Part shown: piece by piece, positions 1-13,397 of the stretch | Numbering within the stretch: position 1 is the stretch's first letter | How the letters are laid out: every line of letters begins with the position of its first letter | Assembly (NCBI GenBank): GCA_023920165.1 | Contig: CP089275.1 | Location: forward strand, 4,898,001 to 4,962,000 | Direction: 5' to 3' | DNA from: Curvularia clavata | Lineage: Eukaryota | Length of the DNA stretch: 64,000 bases | The notes under the pieces: generated by a model | The model's database searches: none | Told to the model about the DNA's origin: nothing | Seen by the model: the letters and a program-made list of their open reading frames with translations, nothing else | Program-made: the position numbers and the translations under genes

Positions 1-707
1 ACTTGACTGTAACAACCGACAAGCTCGTCGCCATTTCGGGAATGGCAAAGCATATGCGAGAAATGCTGCACAATATCAAGCCGGGGCCGCACAGATATCT
101 CGCTGGCCATTGGGAAGACAAGCTTATTGACTCACTCTGCTGGCTGACTCATTCGTGGTCCGTCAGAGCGCCCATGTATCGCGCACCGTCTTGGTCATGG
201 GCGTGCCTCGAAGGAAAGGTCTATACCTTTGTCTCACAGGGCAGGTCTGGTCAAGTCCAGCACACATCTGTCGAAGCGGTAGATGTAGTGAGCCTTACAG
301 GAGACGATACCGGAGAGGTGGTCTCCGGCTCCGTGACGCTAAGGGGACCCTGCGCCACTATGAGCATCGACCTCGAATTAAAGAATGATGATTGGTATGG
401 CAGCGAGAACCAGAGGAGTTGGACCGGAGTGCAAGAAGGTAAATGGCCCCCCAGTGTTAACAAGTCACTCGGGAGACCCGTACCTCAGGTGTATTTCGAC
501 ACGGCCGACGACATGTGCGAAACACCACTGCTCCTCTGGCTCACTTCATGCTCGGATGAGGTCCTCTACGGTAAAGGACTCGTTTTAACATGCCTGGGTG
601 ATGGCACATACCGACGAATCGGGATAGCCCTGTGTTACTTCGCTAGCAACGATGAAGCGCTCGATTTCAAGAACAGTCTTGACGAGCGATGTTTAGTCGT
701 GGTATAA
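1..707 (+). CDS. C-terminal part of a heterokaryon incompatibility (HET-domain) family protein, 5' truncated by the window
   Basis: Open frame to TAA at 705-707. Carries motifs typical of the region downstream of fungal HET domains: DKLVAISGMA, YLAGHW..LIDSLCW, YRAPSWSWA, YRRIG. Confidence 0.8.
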   Translation, partial: LTVTTDKLVAISGMAKHMREMLHNIKPGPHRYLAGHWEDKLIDSLCWLTHSWSVRAPMYRAPSWSWACLEGKVYTFVSQGRSGQVQHTSVEAVDVVSLTGDDTGEVVSGSVTLRGPCATMSIDLELKNDDWYGSENQRSWTGVQEGKWPPSVNKSLGRPVPQVYFDTADDMCETPLLLWLTSCSDEVLYGKGLVLTCLGDGTYRRIGIALCYFASNDEALDFKNSLDERCLVVV

Positions 708-1508
708 GCATGGCCAATTCTGTTCATAAACATACAAAAGATGTGTTAGCTCGCCCATCAATGATGCGGTCATTCAACTGGTGTCACGTCTTACAGCATC
801 TGCACCCTTGTACTTGGCCTTTTAAGTATGGTCCTACTCTTGAATGTATGGGCAGCGATCGTCGATTGAGGTTACAAAGGGTCTTCTCTAGTATGTGAAT
901 TATAAGTAAGAGTTCAAGATAAGAAAGGCAGAAGATCATACACCGTTGGCTAGAAGCAGAGTTGGTTGCATCGTGATTCTTGTCGTAGTCTGACCCCGGA
1001 CCTCGAGACGCGGCAATTTAGGTGGAAAGGCCCTACCCTACCCCCACGTGGGGACTCTACTGACTGCGCCACTGTCTTTGTCAATTTCATCATCAGAGCA
1101 GAAGCATCCCATGCTGGAGCGCATGGAGTATAGTCCTTGCGACGTTGATTTCACCATATTTTACACTCTCGTGCATTCCACGCCGTCAGCTCAGCTCAGG
1201 GCATAGTGAGATATTCCTAGCAGGGATACGAAAAGTGAGACATGCAAAATTCTACATCCTAGCCACTTGAACATAAATGGAATGGCGGCTTCGGCTGCAA
1301 AACCAGACATGAAAGAACGAAATAGGGAAATGGCTCGACACAGGGAGAATGTATGAGACATACACTTGGAGCGATGACCTGATTCACATCGACCTTAGTT
1401 ACGGGTCGCAAATATGAGATATTGAGTTGTGTAAGATGTTTCCACCATTACCATGACTGGAGCTGAATTGTTACACAAGCTTACGGTCGCCTGGCAAAAG
1501 GTCTCACC

Positions 1509-3002
1509 CTATTTGGCCTCTTTGATCAATGCCTCCGCAGTGGCGTCTTTTTGACTCACACTACCGCTTCTTTCTGCGGGCTTTAATTTTCCTGAAGGGG
1601 GGCCTTCGCCACTGTTCTGAGCAGCGTTCTTCAGCCTCTCGGTGTCGGCAGGGTTGGTGTCCTGCTTCTTCGGGTCCTTCTCGTCATCGTCGCTATCGCC
1701 AAGACTAAAGGGATCATGTTCATCAGGCTCTGGGTTGGGTGCTACTGATGTGAGAGGCTGCCACTTCTTGCCACCCGACTTTCCTTGACTCGCTGGGTTG
1801 CTGGGTGATGGGTTCCGATACAGGGCGTCTACCTCATCCACGGGACCGCTCTGGGGAGGCGAGACGGGTGTCGGCTTGAAGAGATCGGGGTTAGCGTTGG
1901 GGCGGCTTGAAGTTCGTGGGGGCACTGTAGTATGTGAGCGATGCTATTGACGCAGGGAAACAGTGGCTTACTGTCGTTGTCCCGCAATTCCAACTTAGCA
2001 AAGTCGTCGCCAATCACTCTGTTGTCAGCGTCGTAACGGCTGTGATCTGCCGACCTTCGTTGCTCAGCCGACTTGCGGATACCGTGCATCTGATCCGACT
2101 GGGATGGGCCAAAGTTTTGTCGCTGTTGTGGAGGCCCAGTCCGGCCCGTGTATTGCGGGTTACCGTATCTATCGTACTCTTCCACCTCGCCGTCGAGCTT
2201 CTTGGCGAAGTTGGTGATCCATTTGGACACTGTCTGCTGCGTCTCCTTGAAGCCCTGCTCAATGTTCTTGCGGATCTCTGGAAGGTCGTCTGCAGTTTTG
2301 TGCTATTAGAGACATGGACAGGCGCATAGCATACACACATAGACTCACCTTCGAAGAAACTGTATTCGCGCTCAGACTCTCCAGACCGCTGACGGCTGCC
2401 TTGCTCACGCGGCCGTTGGGCGCCTGAGCCGGCCTGGGTCTGATAATGTTGGGCCAGTTGTCGCGCATAGATCTCGTCCTGCTCAAGCTGGCTGCGGGGC
2501 TGTGGGCGCGGTGGCTGTGGCGGGGGCACTTCCTCCGCCTTGAAGTTGGGGTCCGACATGCCTGCCTTGGCTTAGTACGTATGCCCTTGGAAACGAAACG
2601 TAGCCGTCACATACTGAGTAACGCGTTGAATGCGGGCTCGACCTTGCCACCACTGGCAACCAATACAGCCTTGATCACATTGCTGTCGACATTGGGGAAA
2701 GCCTCGATGAGCGTATTTTGCGCCTGCACCTGGGGGTCGACAGGTCGTGGGGGCTTTTGCGGCGGGATCTCGGTTGCCTCGTCGTTGAAGCGCACGCCAG
2801 GCTTGGGCGACTTGGATGCAGGCGGTGGAGAGCCCGCATTGTCGTGGGAAGAGGCCGCCGGGGCGTCGTTGTCGTCGTCAAAGTCGAGCTCACGCGCCGT
2901 TGTAGGGCTCTCTGGAGGCTGCCACAATTGCGTTAGTGGGGGATAGGCAGGCGCTGCGTGTCGCTATGTGCTCACCTTTTCTGTGCTGGTCTTTTCAGAC
3001 AT
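1509..3002 (-). CDS. CUE5: CUE-domain ubiquitin-binding protein, Cue5-like autophagy receptor
   Basis: Five exons, with GT-AG introns at 2919-2975, 2562-2614, 2290-2348 and 1925-1971, join in frame from MSEKTSTEK to TAG. CUE domain LIEAFPNVDSNVIKAVLVASGGKVEPAFNALLSMSDP, then QLEQDEIYARQLA, DDLPEIRKNIEQGFKETQQTVSKWITNF and a C-terminal KKWQPL (W-x-x-L Atg8-interacting motif). Confidence 0.85.
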
Positions 3003-6000
3003 GATGGGTGTTACAGTCTGTGAACCACCGGGGTCAGGCTCAGTGTGCAACGGGGTTTGGGTATGTGTATGCGTGTGGTGTACGGCGGTGCTGCGTGCCC
3101 AAGACTGGAAGCTCTGCATTGGTCCAATGCGAGGCTTCGCCGCCACAGATGACGTTTCGCGCCAAGTGGGGCTGCCAACCCATTCCCCGCCTGCGCTTCA
3201 CACCCCAAGATCGCCTTGCCACAACTTTACAACATTGGTTGCAGTCTCGATGGATTTTACAAACAGTGACCATGGCCGCGCAATCGTTCAGTGCTTGATG
3301 CAGCATCAGAGGATGCTTAAGTACACAGAAGTATACGTCGATGAATGCGGGCTGCCTGACCAAGCATGGCGTCGATGAGAACCGACCATTGGAAGGTATC
3401 AGTCTCCTTTATGCGTATTCTGAACGCCATGATCTGGTTTCTTCGGAGTCTCTAGATTCATTTGGAAATACACTCCTCTGCCAGCGTGTCCGACCTCTGA
3501 GACACATGCAAACGGATACTGCGACTCCGTGGTCCTTCTCCTTGTTCAACGAATGGAAACTGCCCTCGTCTCGGTGCCAAATTCCACCAAAGTCGGGTTA
3601 TGCAAAAGCTAGTGCTACGTATATCTCATAGCTTGTGTCATAGTGTCGTGCAGAATTCATGCATTTAACAAAAGGCTGTGCTATGTCTGGGGATTTCGCA
3701 TTCGCCCAACATATAGACCTGAGGCTCTGTCAACATTCCAACCATGCCAACAACAGGTTGGGGAAGATGTAACGTTCACCCATATCGGAGATGCATTCTT
3801 GCTCATGTTGAGGAACACAGTGCGCTCATGTCCGGATTGTAGCGATGCATAAAACTGCTGAAATGTTTTTAATCCAATCTCTGCGGCACAGGGCGAGTAT
3901 TGTTATCATTGTCGGCAGGGGGTCTCAGCTAGCTCTGACGTCCAGGGGATTGCATCGATCGGGACGACCTGTCAAGTTGGCTACATGGAAGGATACGTGG
4001 GTACATGTGGCGCTGGCTAATTGGATACATAGAGAAGTGAGCGACAGTGATGTTAGCTTCGTTCCTGAGCTGCTCAGCCAGGGTGCACCCGCCCGTGCTA
4101 CGGCCGCAACGGGGCGCCTTGGTAAATCTCCGAGCGTCGCATGGCAAAAACCAAGGGCTCAAGCAGGTTCATTGGTCTCGGAACAACAATCGAAGGAGGG
4201 CGAGAACCACAGATGGTGCAAAGTTGGCTCTGTTTGCCTCGATTCCCATGGCTAAAGTATGCAGTAGGATCCGACGGCCCTCGGCTAGCGGCGCGTCGGA
4301 AAGCCCAACCCATTTCCAACCACGATTGAAGACGGTGGGATTTTCGGCCGTACTCATACCTCGTATGGTAATATTTGGTCACAGGTGCGTAGTGCAAAAC
4401 TCAGCTCTATGAGGTTGCGAGTCCGCTAAATCGGGGCTAGACTCGGCGCGGCTGAAGGACCCCTGTCCCGAAAGGGCTAGCCCCCTCGGTAAGGCTGATC
4501 GACGGTGGCCGGCGCCTTGGTACCGTTGGACGGCGTCGAGGAAGAAAAAAACGTGCTTGCCAGGAGAAAAACACCTGATGGAGGCTTGCTAGATACGATT
4601 CCATGCAACATAGTGCGAATTTAGATAAGGTAGCAAGCAATTACATTGGGTGGGAACGCTGCTAACACGATCCAGATTGTTATGGCCCAAGATCACAGGC
4701 TTGTCCAAATCTTGTCACCAAATCTTCACGCCCAGCGCCCTCGCACATGCAAGACTTTTCGCAGTCTTGGAAGCAAACTCGACCGAGCCGCAGTTGGTGT
4801 TGCTGCAGCGGAGATGCGAAATCAACACTGACTCTTCCCCGTTCGCATCTGCTGGGACTGATCGCGAAGCTAGGACCAGCCCCCACCAACCCCATCGCTC
4901 ATCGCACATCACACATCGCATGTCGCTAATGTCTGCAGGGCTTTCCCCACCCTAGTTTTCCCATTGCTGACATCTCACAAACCAACACGATGATGAACTT
5001 CGATGCATGTGTCCGATGCATACCAACTACGTTTACGCCTCATCGCACCTAGATGCGACGCCACTGCTGGGTTGAGCTTCTCTGGCCCAGGTCCAAGGAT
5101 GTTTCACATGCAGCCATGCTCCTGGAGCAGCCTTCGATGACACCCGGCCTGGCCGACGTTCAGGCTGGACTAGTCGCCTTGTTCAGGGTTGTTACGTGTA
5201 GCAAGACTCTGGCTTCGTATCAAGGTGGATTGCGGCTCCTTCAACCCGCCCCTGGCAGCTTATTTCGCCGCATGTAAAACCGAACGGATGGGTACCGCGT
5301 CGAAGATCATTTGCAGGCCTTGTCTAGCGGCGTGGAGTCTGTACGTAAGTACGTACCATGCTTCGACTTCTTTCCCATCTAGCCTCAGCCCCAAGTCGAC
5401 CGTTTGCCGGTACTGTGCCACAAGCAACCTGTCCGAAGTCGCTCCAAATAGCTACTTGCACAGACTCCAACACCTTCCGGAAGGCACAGACATGCTCTGG
5501 ATCTGACCGTGAGGCTTCCGCAATCAAGCTTGCTCCGACCAAACTTACGTATTTGCAAATCTGGGCGCACACCCAATCATACACTGCGGAGAGATCGCCG
5601 GACCTACCCGTCAAGCCGCCGGCCGCTAGACAACAGGTTTGCCTTCACAAGCCATGGCAAGTCCCTTTTCTATGATGCTGGTACCGAGGCGTCCGCTATG
5701 CCTGGAACGAGGCCGGTTGAGCCACTACGCGTGTCAGGATAGAGAGCTGAACCCTGGCCTTTTTTTCTCCCCCTGCTGGTGGAGCATTGTAATTCTGCAT
5801 TTGTCTTGATTGCGACATCTTCATGCCGTGAACATGGAAACCATACCTTAGCCAGTCATATGCACGTCAGACTATCCTCCTAAACCTTCACTCGCAGATC
5901 CGCGAACTTTGTACATGCCCTTGTTGCATCTTCTCCTGGCTTAGTGTGTTCCAGCGCAACGCTACCCGTCCGGGTCCCGTCCCGGATGCAGGTAGGGCGA

Positions 6001-6385
6001 AGCACTTGAAGAGTGCAAATTATCGGGACTGTCTCAAGATCACCGACACGATTAACGAAAGGATCGACCGTTGGGCGCTGTCGAATCCACAAAATGTATC
6101 GTTCCAGGCCAATCAAGATGGCGCTTCTCGAGCCTCGTAGCGGGGACCCCAAAGCGTGGAACCTTATTCTGACTCGATAGTCTCTTGTATGGTGGCTTCA
6201 TCTCCTGCAGTCCCCTAGCTGTCTTTGAAATGCGGCCTTCTTTTAGAGAAGACTTGGCGGACCCTTTGCAATCGAAGTTTCTATCGCCGGACGTTCATTG
6301 ATTAAAGTAGGCATTGCGCTGACGAGCAATTCTCCGAGTCCTTACCTTGTCTTCTCCACCCCATCTTTTTTCGGCGGTCCACACC

Positions 6386-7847
6386 ATGCCCACTGAATTT
6401 AGAGAAAACCCAGATTTCAAAGCATGGGGTCCCTTCATATCGCCACATTACCGCAACGAACCCATCACGCTATCTGATATTATCATCGCATCAGTAGTAT
6501 GGGGCCTCACGTTGGTGAATTGCGCAATTGCGTCTGTTCTTGCTACAAGGCAAACCAAGGAGTCGCGGAATCCCCTTCAAAGTGTTTACATCTGGATGAT
6601 ATGGCTGGAGATGCTTGTCTGTTTTGTTATGGGGCTTGAATGCTATCTGCATCTGCACAAGCTCATCAGTCCAAGTAAGTGTCATACGACATGAACTGGC
6701 CAAGCTCCGCTGACAGTGAATCAGGTTTCGCCTTCTACTTCACCATTCTGTTCTGGTGGTGTATCCAGGTCCAACTGCTGCTGCAAATCATTATCAACCG
6801 TATTCGCGTCATCGTGCCAGATCGCAAACGTGGAAGAATGATCATGATTGCGACAGCCACGTTCGTTACGGCAATCAACATCAGTGTGTTCAACATTTGG
6901 ATCCCTGCCCGCTTGCAAGTTAATCATACGTAAGCTGGCCTAGTTTTCAATCTCCAGACAGATAATCTAACGCCATCACAGGTATATTATCACTAACGAG
7001 TACTGGGATCGTATTGAAAAGGGACTTTACCTCCTGGTGGACGCTATACTCAACTGGTATTTTTTGAAGACTGTCAAGGCAAATCTCATCAAAAACGGAC
7101 TCACCAAGTACAACTCGCTCGTACGCTTCAACCAGAAAATCGTCGTCTTCTCGCTGCTCATGGACATCATGATTATTGCCGCTATGTCGATCCCAAATTC
7201 TTTCGTGTAAGTTGCTTCGCTTTGTTACCAAAAGTCGGTTGACTAATTGAGCATGTAACAGTTACATTCAATTCCACCCCCTAGCTTATATGGTCAAACT
7301 CAACATTGAAATGACCATGGCCAACCTCATCAAACGTATCGCTATCTCCACGTCCCGCAAAACTGGCATGCATTCTATGGCACAGGAATTCAGGTCGTCG
7401 TCTGAACAATCCAGCACTGGCCGTCACGGTACAGGCACACACAAGACCCACCGCTCATCCGTTCACGAGCTCGCTAGCTTTGTCAGTTGTGACGCAGACA
7501 GCAAAGCACATGACCGCGACCGCATCGTCAGCTTTACTCCCAAGGCGAACCAAATCAAGGAAACCCGCGAAGTCATCATCCGCAGCGAATCCAATCCTTA
7601 CTATCAGGGCGACGGAGCAGAAGTCAGCATCAGCGGTGGTGTACATGCGAGAAACAAGTCTGCAGGCAGCGTCTACGTTGAAGAGAGAGGAATGAGTCGT
7701 CGGAAGAGTATGGACAGTATAGCGGAGGGTAATGAGAGTATGAAGAGCGCAGACATAAGCACAGATGTCAGCAAGAAGCCAGACGACAGTGACGATGAAG
7801 CAGCGCTGGTCAATAATAAAGGATGGTGGCCTCGAGGGGCGAATTAG
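6386..7847 (+). CDS. Uncharacterised fungal multi-pass integral membrane protein (GPCR-like topology, Ser-rich cytoplasmic tail)
   Basis: ATG in ACCATG context. Introns at 6675-6724, 6930-6981 and 7207-7261 join the exons in frame. About 6-7 hydrophobic segments; YIQFHPLAYMVKLNIEMTMA before a hydrophilic tail. Confidence 0.8.
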
Positions 7848-8505
7848 AAATCTCCGTCCGCGCCTAATATTATCTTCTTCAGTATTTCGTTCTTATTTCC
7901 GCATATGCTGGGTTCATCTATACCCCTTTCTCTTATGTCTTTCTCAAAAGTATTAAAATATGAGCATAGATTATGTTGATGAGTCGGAGCGAGAGGCGTT
8001 CTACTACACATATATCTTCCACCGCCAAGATGTTTTTCTCTCCTTTTTCGCATCGTACATGTGCAATACACCAGATTCCCTTCTCACTACTCTCCTGCGC
8101 AAAAATCACTCCGTCTTCTTCTTGTTTCACACCACGGCGGAGACATACATGCGCACAGAACAGAAAAAAACCCCCCTCCCAGGTACATGAAACACGTCTT
8201 CCCCGCATCCTTCACGAATCGCCCATACATGTCAGCCCCCCTTTTTCTGTCACTCCATTCATGTACGTCACCATCCCTGCCCACGACCATCACCACCACT
8301 AGGCCATACATACACTTCTGTATATACATGCCCAACCCCTCCAGCGCCACACTTCACCTCAAAACAGAACTCCTCCGTCACACCGCCGTTTTCGCTGCAG
8401 CAGCTATTAGGTGCATATTCAAACCGTCTCTATCTAGCGTATTCAGCGTGGCGTTATTTTTTTTCTTCCTTGCTCGCGCGTTGTAACGACACTTTGTTCA
8501 GCCAT

Positions 8506-8635
8506 TTCCGCTTCGAGACGTCCGCGTCCGCTTCGGGTCGCCGATCACGGTACGGAAGCTGCCTAGCGCCGTAACCTAGCCGTAAACCTAGCTGCTGCTA
8601 CGCGCGTGCGCGCATGTGCGAGGCCGCGTAGCTGC
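8506..8635. repeat. Cluster of short direct repeats, an inverted repeat and an alternating purine-pyrimidine tract
   Basis: TCCGCTTCG occurs twice and CCTAGC three times (8562-8592). GCTACGCG (8597-8604) and CGCGTAGC (8625-8632) are inverted. 8599-8620 is a perfect 22-nt Y/R alternation. Confidence 0.75.
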
Positions 8636-11498
8636 CTTATGGATGTATGCAGGGGAGACTGCAGAATGGACAAGTGTGGGGTAGGTGTGGCGAACAGGCC
8701 TGTAAACTAGGTAAGGGTGTATGTTTTAGAAGGGCTGAAGAAGAAGAAAACAAGCCGAGAGCTGATAGGATGGGACACTGGCGGATGGCGAGAGGTGTGT
8801 TTGAGGACAGAATGCTTGGTGAATGGATTCAGGGAATTGTGGCGGGCGGGCGGGCGCAGGGAGCCGATTGGTTCTTTCCTTGCCCTGATTTTACGTACAG
8901 TTTTTTCTTGTCCTCTATTCGCGGTTGACTGGGGTTGAACTGAGTTTGGGGTTCGTGGTACCGAGATTTTGCCGCCGCAGGTAGGGCTTATTTTGGTGGG
9001 AAACTAAGTTTGTGGAGTAGGAAGTGCTTGTCGCTTCACTCTACCTACCTAGTTAGGAGTATGCTGCATTCCGAGGATACCCGGAGCAACACCGCTTCGA
9101 TAGGTGTAACTTTGTGGAAGAATCATTATAGTTTTTGGGAATCGTGTTTAAGCATTTCAAATTCGTATCTACGGTGTTTTTGTGTGGTGGCGGTTAGGTT
9201 GACCTTGCTAAGCCACGGCAAACTCTGTTCTAGCTCAGGTGATTGCAGACGTGGTCTGGAACGAAAGCAACCGTATCAATAATCGTATGTTGCTTATTCC
9301 ATAAGCGATATATGACATATAGGCTTTGAAGTGTAGAATTACCTGTTCAGTCTTAGCATAATACTTGTTCTGTACACCTACGTCTGCTATGCATACTTGG
9401 ACCCTGAATGCACATAAACAGAAACTACGATTGGCTGAGAATTAGCGTTTAGGTACGAGATGGGCCTAGTCAACGCTTGTTGTCTGGGCAATATACATAG
9501 TACGTACGATTGCAGACATGGTGCACTCGATGTGGGAATCATACTTTGGACATGCTGTAGCAAGGTAGTGGCAAACAAGAGTTTGATCCATCCGTCAAGT
9601 TTGGGGCTGCAAAGCTGCAGTTACTCTAGTGTGTTGCAATTTGTGGTGGCGATAATCACAAACTTACGACTGAGGGATTTCTGGGGCTGAGACAGTCGCT
9701 TCTACAACGATCGGCGCTAAGAATTCACTTCCAGACCAACAACATAGTTCTATCAGCGATCGAGATCACGACTAACATAACAAGTATCTCGCTTCGGGCC
9801 GCCATCATGAGATCTGGGATCTGGAAAGCGCTGCTGATCCCAAACGCTATCTCTCGAAGCTCCAAACCGACACCTGGTGCATCTTGATCGACAATCTTGC
9901 AAGACCGATAACGAAATTCATTTGAAAACCTTCATCTTAAAGGTGTGCAGGCCCGCAATATCCCATTCGGCCAAGATACGACAATCTGTTCATCTTCGAT
10001 CAGATTTGGCCCGTGTACTAATACGTTGGCCATGACTACAATTTCATACATTCATCAGACCTTCTACCATTGCAACATATCTATATACCGACTTGAAAAT
10101 CTATTCGTGTCTTCTTCATCTCCTCTTTTCTTCTCGCACTGCAGATACGAGGGTTTATTTACTCAAACATTGTTACTGGTTTCCCACGTGTAACCACTTG
10201 TCATTGCCGTGCTGGCTTAAAAGATCTCGCAGACAAACCAATCATGTTGCAAGTGTAAGCGTCATAGGAGAGTGACACGGGTTTCGATGTGTGTGAGAGC
10301 TCTGGCCAGATCAATATGCAGTCTCAGTAGAGCGCCAAAGTTCACGGTCTAACTTTCCTCAAGATCCCACAGTCGACTTTTTCCTTTTCGTTTGTTGTAC
10401 GCGTATGTCATTTTGGAACTGAAGATCAAGATTCTGGTGTAAGCGATACACGCTTGGGGTGCCATAAACCAACACACATGAAGCGTCGTTGGCATAGACA
10501 AGCAAAGATGAGGGAAGGCTAGTAGATAGTGCCTTTGTGAAAGGGGTTCACACCAGGGTTCAGTGCTGCGAATGTTTCTACACTAGATACGAGTGTGATG
10601 AACTCGCAGTACCGCAGGACAGCCCCCTTCTATTCCGATGCTCTGTACTCCTACGCCGTCATCCACGCAAGCATCTGACTGGATTTTATTTATTTGTGCC
10701 ATAATATGACAACTGTGGGTACTGCTTGCTTTGTAATACTACTGCACATAACGGGCACTCTTGACCATGTCGTTATGATAGTCGGAGCGTGATCTCGGAT
10801 TGCTTGGCAACCTGGGTCTTGGTCCTTCGGATGAAAGGCGCTCCCATAGTCCGATTCACGTTCCTGTACAGCCCATGAAGTCCGCAAACTTTCTAGGCGT
10901 GCGTAAGAAGTGGGGTAATATTTTGTTGGGTATTCCGTGATGGCAGCGACGCCATTGACCATCACCCCGGTGTCGGATCTCCAACGCTACGATATGGACA
11001 GGATGAGCTGTGCCAGCTGCAGTTCAGTTTCTTGAAACAGATTCGGTTTTGCAGCCTTGTTTCAATCGTTTGATAGACTGGAGCAGGGTAAACTCCAAGT
11101 ACTCCAAGTATGGTCATGTGCGTAGGAGTAATACTGGAGGAGAGTGCGGGGTACTTCGGGCCGAACAGGGACCAAAGGAAGACAGCAGTTGTTCCACGGA
11201 GCACTCCCCACCGCCCCTCTCCGCACTTTCCTGGAGAGGGCTTACCGTTCATCAGCTCCCTCGTGCCAATCCCACGTCAGAAAGCAATATCTAGAAATTA
11301 GACGCGTCTATCGGCTGTACCAAGATAGTATCCCGAACTGCTAGTATGAGTAAACTACTGTGCACTTCTTCAGCCTTTTAATTTTCTTGTCCCTCTCCAA
11401 CTTTGAACCACTGAAGCTCACACTGATCACAACTGTCTTGTCGATCTCATCACGTTCATTTTTGCCCCGCTATTTACAGAAGCAGACCAACAAATACC

Positions 11499-13397
11499 AT
11501 GGGCGTAGGCGATGCGTCGATTCGCTCGAGTGAGCGCCCCGAAATAGGGTCCGTCAATATTCCACTTGGTACATTCCCAGCGTCGTCAACCAGCGAATCT
11601 GTGAATGCCGCCAAGGTTGCTGATGAGGTGGTCGCCCACTTCAATGAAGCCCTTTCGAAGAATGACTATGCGGCCGTTGCGGATCTCTTTTGTAAAGAGA
11701 ACAGCTATTGGAGAGATCATTTAGCTCTTTCTTGGGAGCTCCGGACAGTAAAGGGTGGTTCGGGTATCAAGGAATATCTGGACTCTAGCAAAGCGCGGTT
11801 GACGAAACTCGAAGTCAGCAAGAGCTCCGAGTTTCGAGCCCCAAAATTTGGTGCGATCGATCTCTTGGGTGAAGTCAAGGGAATCAATTTCTTCATAAAT
11901 TTTGAGACAAGCGTTGGCCGTGGCCAAGGTGTTATGAACCTGGCTGAAGAGAATGGACAATGGAGAATTTTCACCCTCTTTACTTTGCTGGAGGAGCTCA
12001 AGGGTCATGAAGAGCCTCTTGGTCATCGCAGGACAAAGGGCGTTAAGCATGGTGGTGACCCTAACAGAAAGACATGGAAGGAAATGCGCGAGGCGGAGAA
12101 GGAAGGAATCGATCCCACGGTACTGATTCTTGGAGCTGGGCAAGGCGGACTTACAGTCGCTGCACGACTGAAAATGCTCGGCGTACCCGCATTGATGATC
12201 GATCAGAATGAAAGAGTGGGCGACAACTGGCGCAAGCGTTACCGACAACTTGTGCTTCACGACCCGGTTTGGTATGACCACATGCCCTACGTGCCTTTCC
12301 CAGCGCATTGGCCGGTGTTCACGCCAAAAGATAAGCTTGCCGAGTTTTTCGAGGCGTATGTCAATCTCCTTGAGCTTAATGTTTGGACTTCCACAAGTAT
12401 CAGATCGACTTCCTGGGATGAGAATAAAAAGCAATGGACGGTAACAGTCGAGCGCCGAAAGCCAGATGGAAGTACCGAAACGCGGACGCTGCACCCACGG
12501 CACATCGTGCAGGCAACCGGCCACTCTGGCGAGAAGAACTTTCCCCAGATAAAAGGAATGGAAAACTTTAAAGGCGACCGCCTATGCCATAGTTCTGAGC
12601 ACCCCGGCGCGAATCCAGAATCGAAGGGCAAGAAGGCAATCGTCGTAGGAAGCTGCAACTCCGGCCATGACATCGCACAAGACTTCTATGAAAGAGGCTA
12701 CGACGTTACCATGGTGCAGCGTAGTACAACATGCGTGGTTTCGTCCACATCCATCACCGACATCGCAAACAAAGGCCTCTACGACCAAGACTCGCCGCCA
12801 CTCGATGACGCTGACATCACTTTCTGGAGTCTTCCAAGTGCTCTGCTGAAGGCGATACAAGTTAAAGGCCAAAAGATCATAGGAGAAGCCGACAAAGAGA
12901 TTCTCGATGGGCTTCGCAAGGTCGGCTTTGGCCTCGATCAGGGACCAATGAACTCGGGATTGCTCATGAAATACTTCCAGCGTGGTGGAGGCTATTACAT
13001 TGATGTTGGTGCATCCCAACTCATCATCGACGGCAAAATCAAAATCAAGCAAGGCCAAGAGATTTCTCAAATCCTGCCCAACGGCATTGAGTTTGCTGAT
13101 GGCGACAAGTTGGAGGCTGATGAGATTGTATTCGCGACTGGTTACCAGAACATGCGCACCCAGGCACGCAAGATCTTTGGCGATGAAGTTGCCGATCGCG
13201 TAAACGATGTTTGGGGCTTCAACGATGAGGGTGAGTTCAGGACCATGTGGCAGAAGAGCGGACACCCTGGTTTGTGGTTCATGGGCGGTAATCTTGCTTT
13301 GTCTCGATACTACAGCAGGATCTTAGCTTTGCAGATCAAGGCCATTGAGGAAGGACTCATAGGAGAGGCAGGACAGAGTGCAAAGCCCCATCTATAG
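11499..13397 (+). CDS. Flavin-containing monooxygenase (type II FMO / YUCCA-like) with N-terminal extension
   Basis: Intronless 632-aa ORF. FAD motif GAGQGG, VGDNWRKRY..LVLHDP, ATGHSG, FMO-like FKGDRLCHSSEH, second dinucleotide motif GSCNSG, FATGY. N-terminal YWRDHLALSW (SnoaL-like) extension. Confidence 0.92.
   Translation: MGVGDASIRSSERPEIGSVNIPLGTFPASSTSESVNAAKVADEVVAHFNEALSKNDYAAVADLFCKENSYWRDHLALSWELRTVKGGSGIKEYLDSSKARLTKLEVSKSSEFRAPKFGAIDLLGEVKGINFFINFETSVGRGQGVMNLAEENGQWRIFTLFTLLEELKGHEEPLGHRRTKGVKHGGDPNRKTWKEMREAEKEGIDPTVLILGAGQGGLTVAARLKMLGVPALMIDQNERVGDNWRKRYRQLVLHDPVWYDHMPYVPFPAHWPVFTPKDKLAEFFEAYVNLLELNVWTSTSIRSTSWDENKKQWTVTVERRKPDGSTETRTLHPRHIVQATGHSGEKNFPQIKGMENFKGDRLCHSSEHPGANPESKGKKAIVVGSCNSGHDIAQDFYERGYDVTMVQRSTTCVVSSTSITDIANKGLYDQDSPPLDDADITFWSLPSALLKAIQVKGQKIIGEADKEILDGLRKVGFGLDQGPMNSGLLMKYFQRGGGYYIDVGASQLIIDGKIKIKQGQEISQILPNGIEFADGDKLEADEIVFATGYQNMRTQARKIFGDEVADRVNDVWGFNDEGEFRTMWQKSGHPGLWFMGGNLALSRYYSRILALQIKAIEEGLIGEAGQSAKPHL

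Noticed and set aside
3003..6385. Many short ORFs in the long divergent intergenic region
   Set aside because: No motifs, splice structure or coding-like composition; treated as promoter/non-coding DNA.
9771..9925. Branch site and acceptor followed by a 46-codon open stretch (possible orphan exon)
   Set aside because: No upstream donor or start codon and no recognisable homology.
10594..10680. Box C (GTGATGA) ... box D (CTGA) spacing resembling a C/D snoRNA
   Set aside because: No terminal stem and no rRNA-complementary guide that I can recognise; such motifs occur by chance.
10690..11252. Two abutting minus-strand ORFs suggesting a frameshifted pseudogene
   Set aside because: No recognisable protein motif, and they overlap the presumed FMO promoter.
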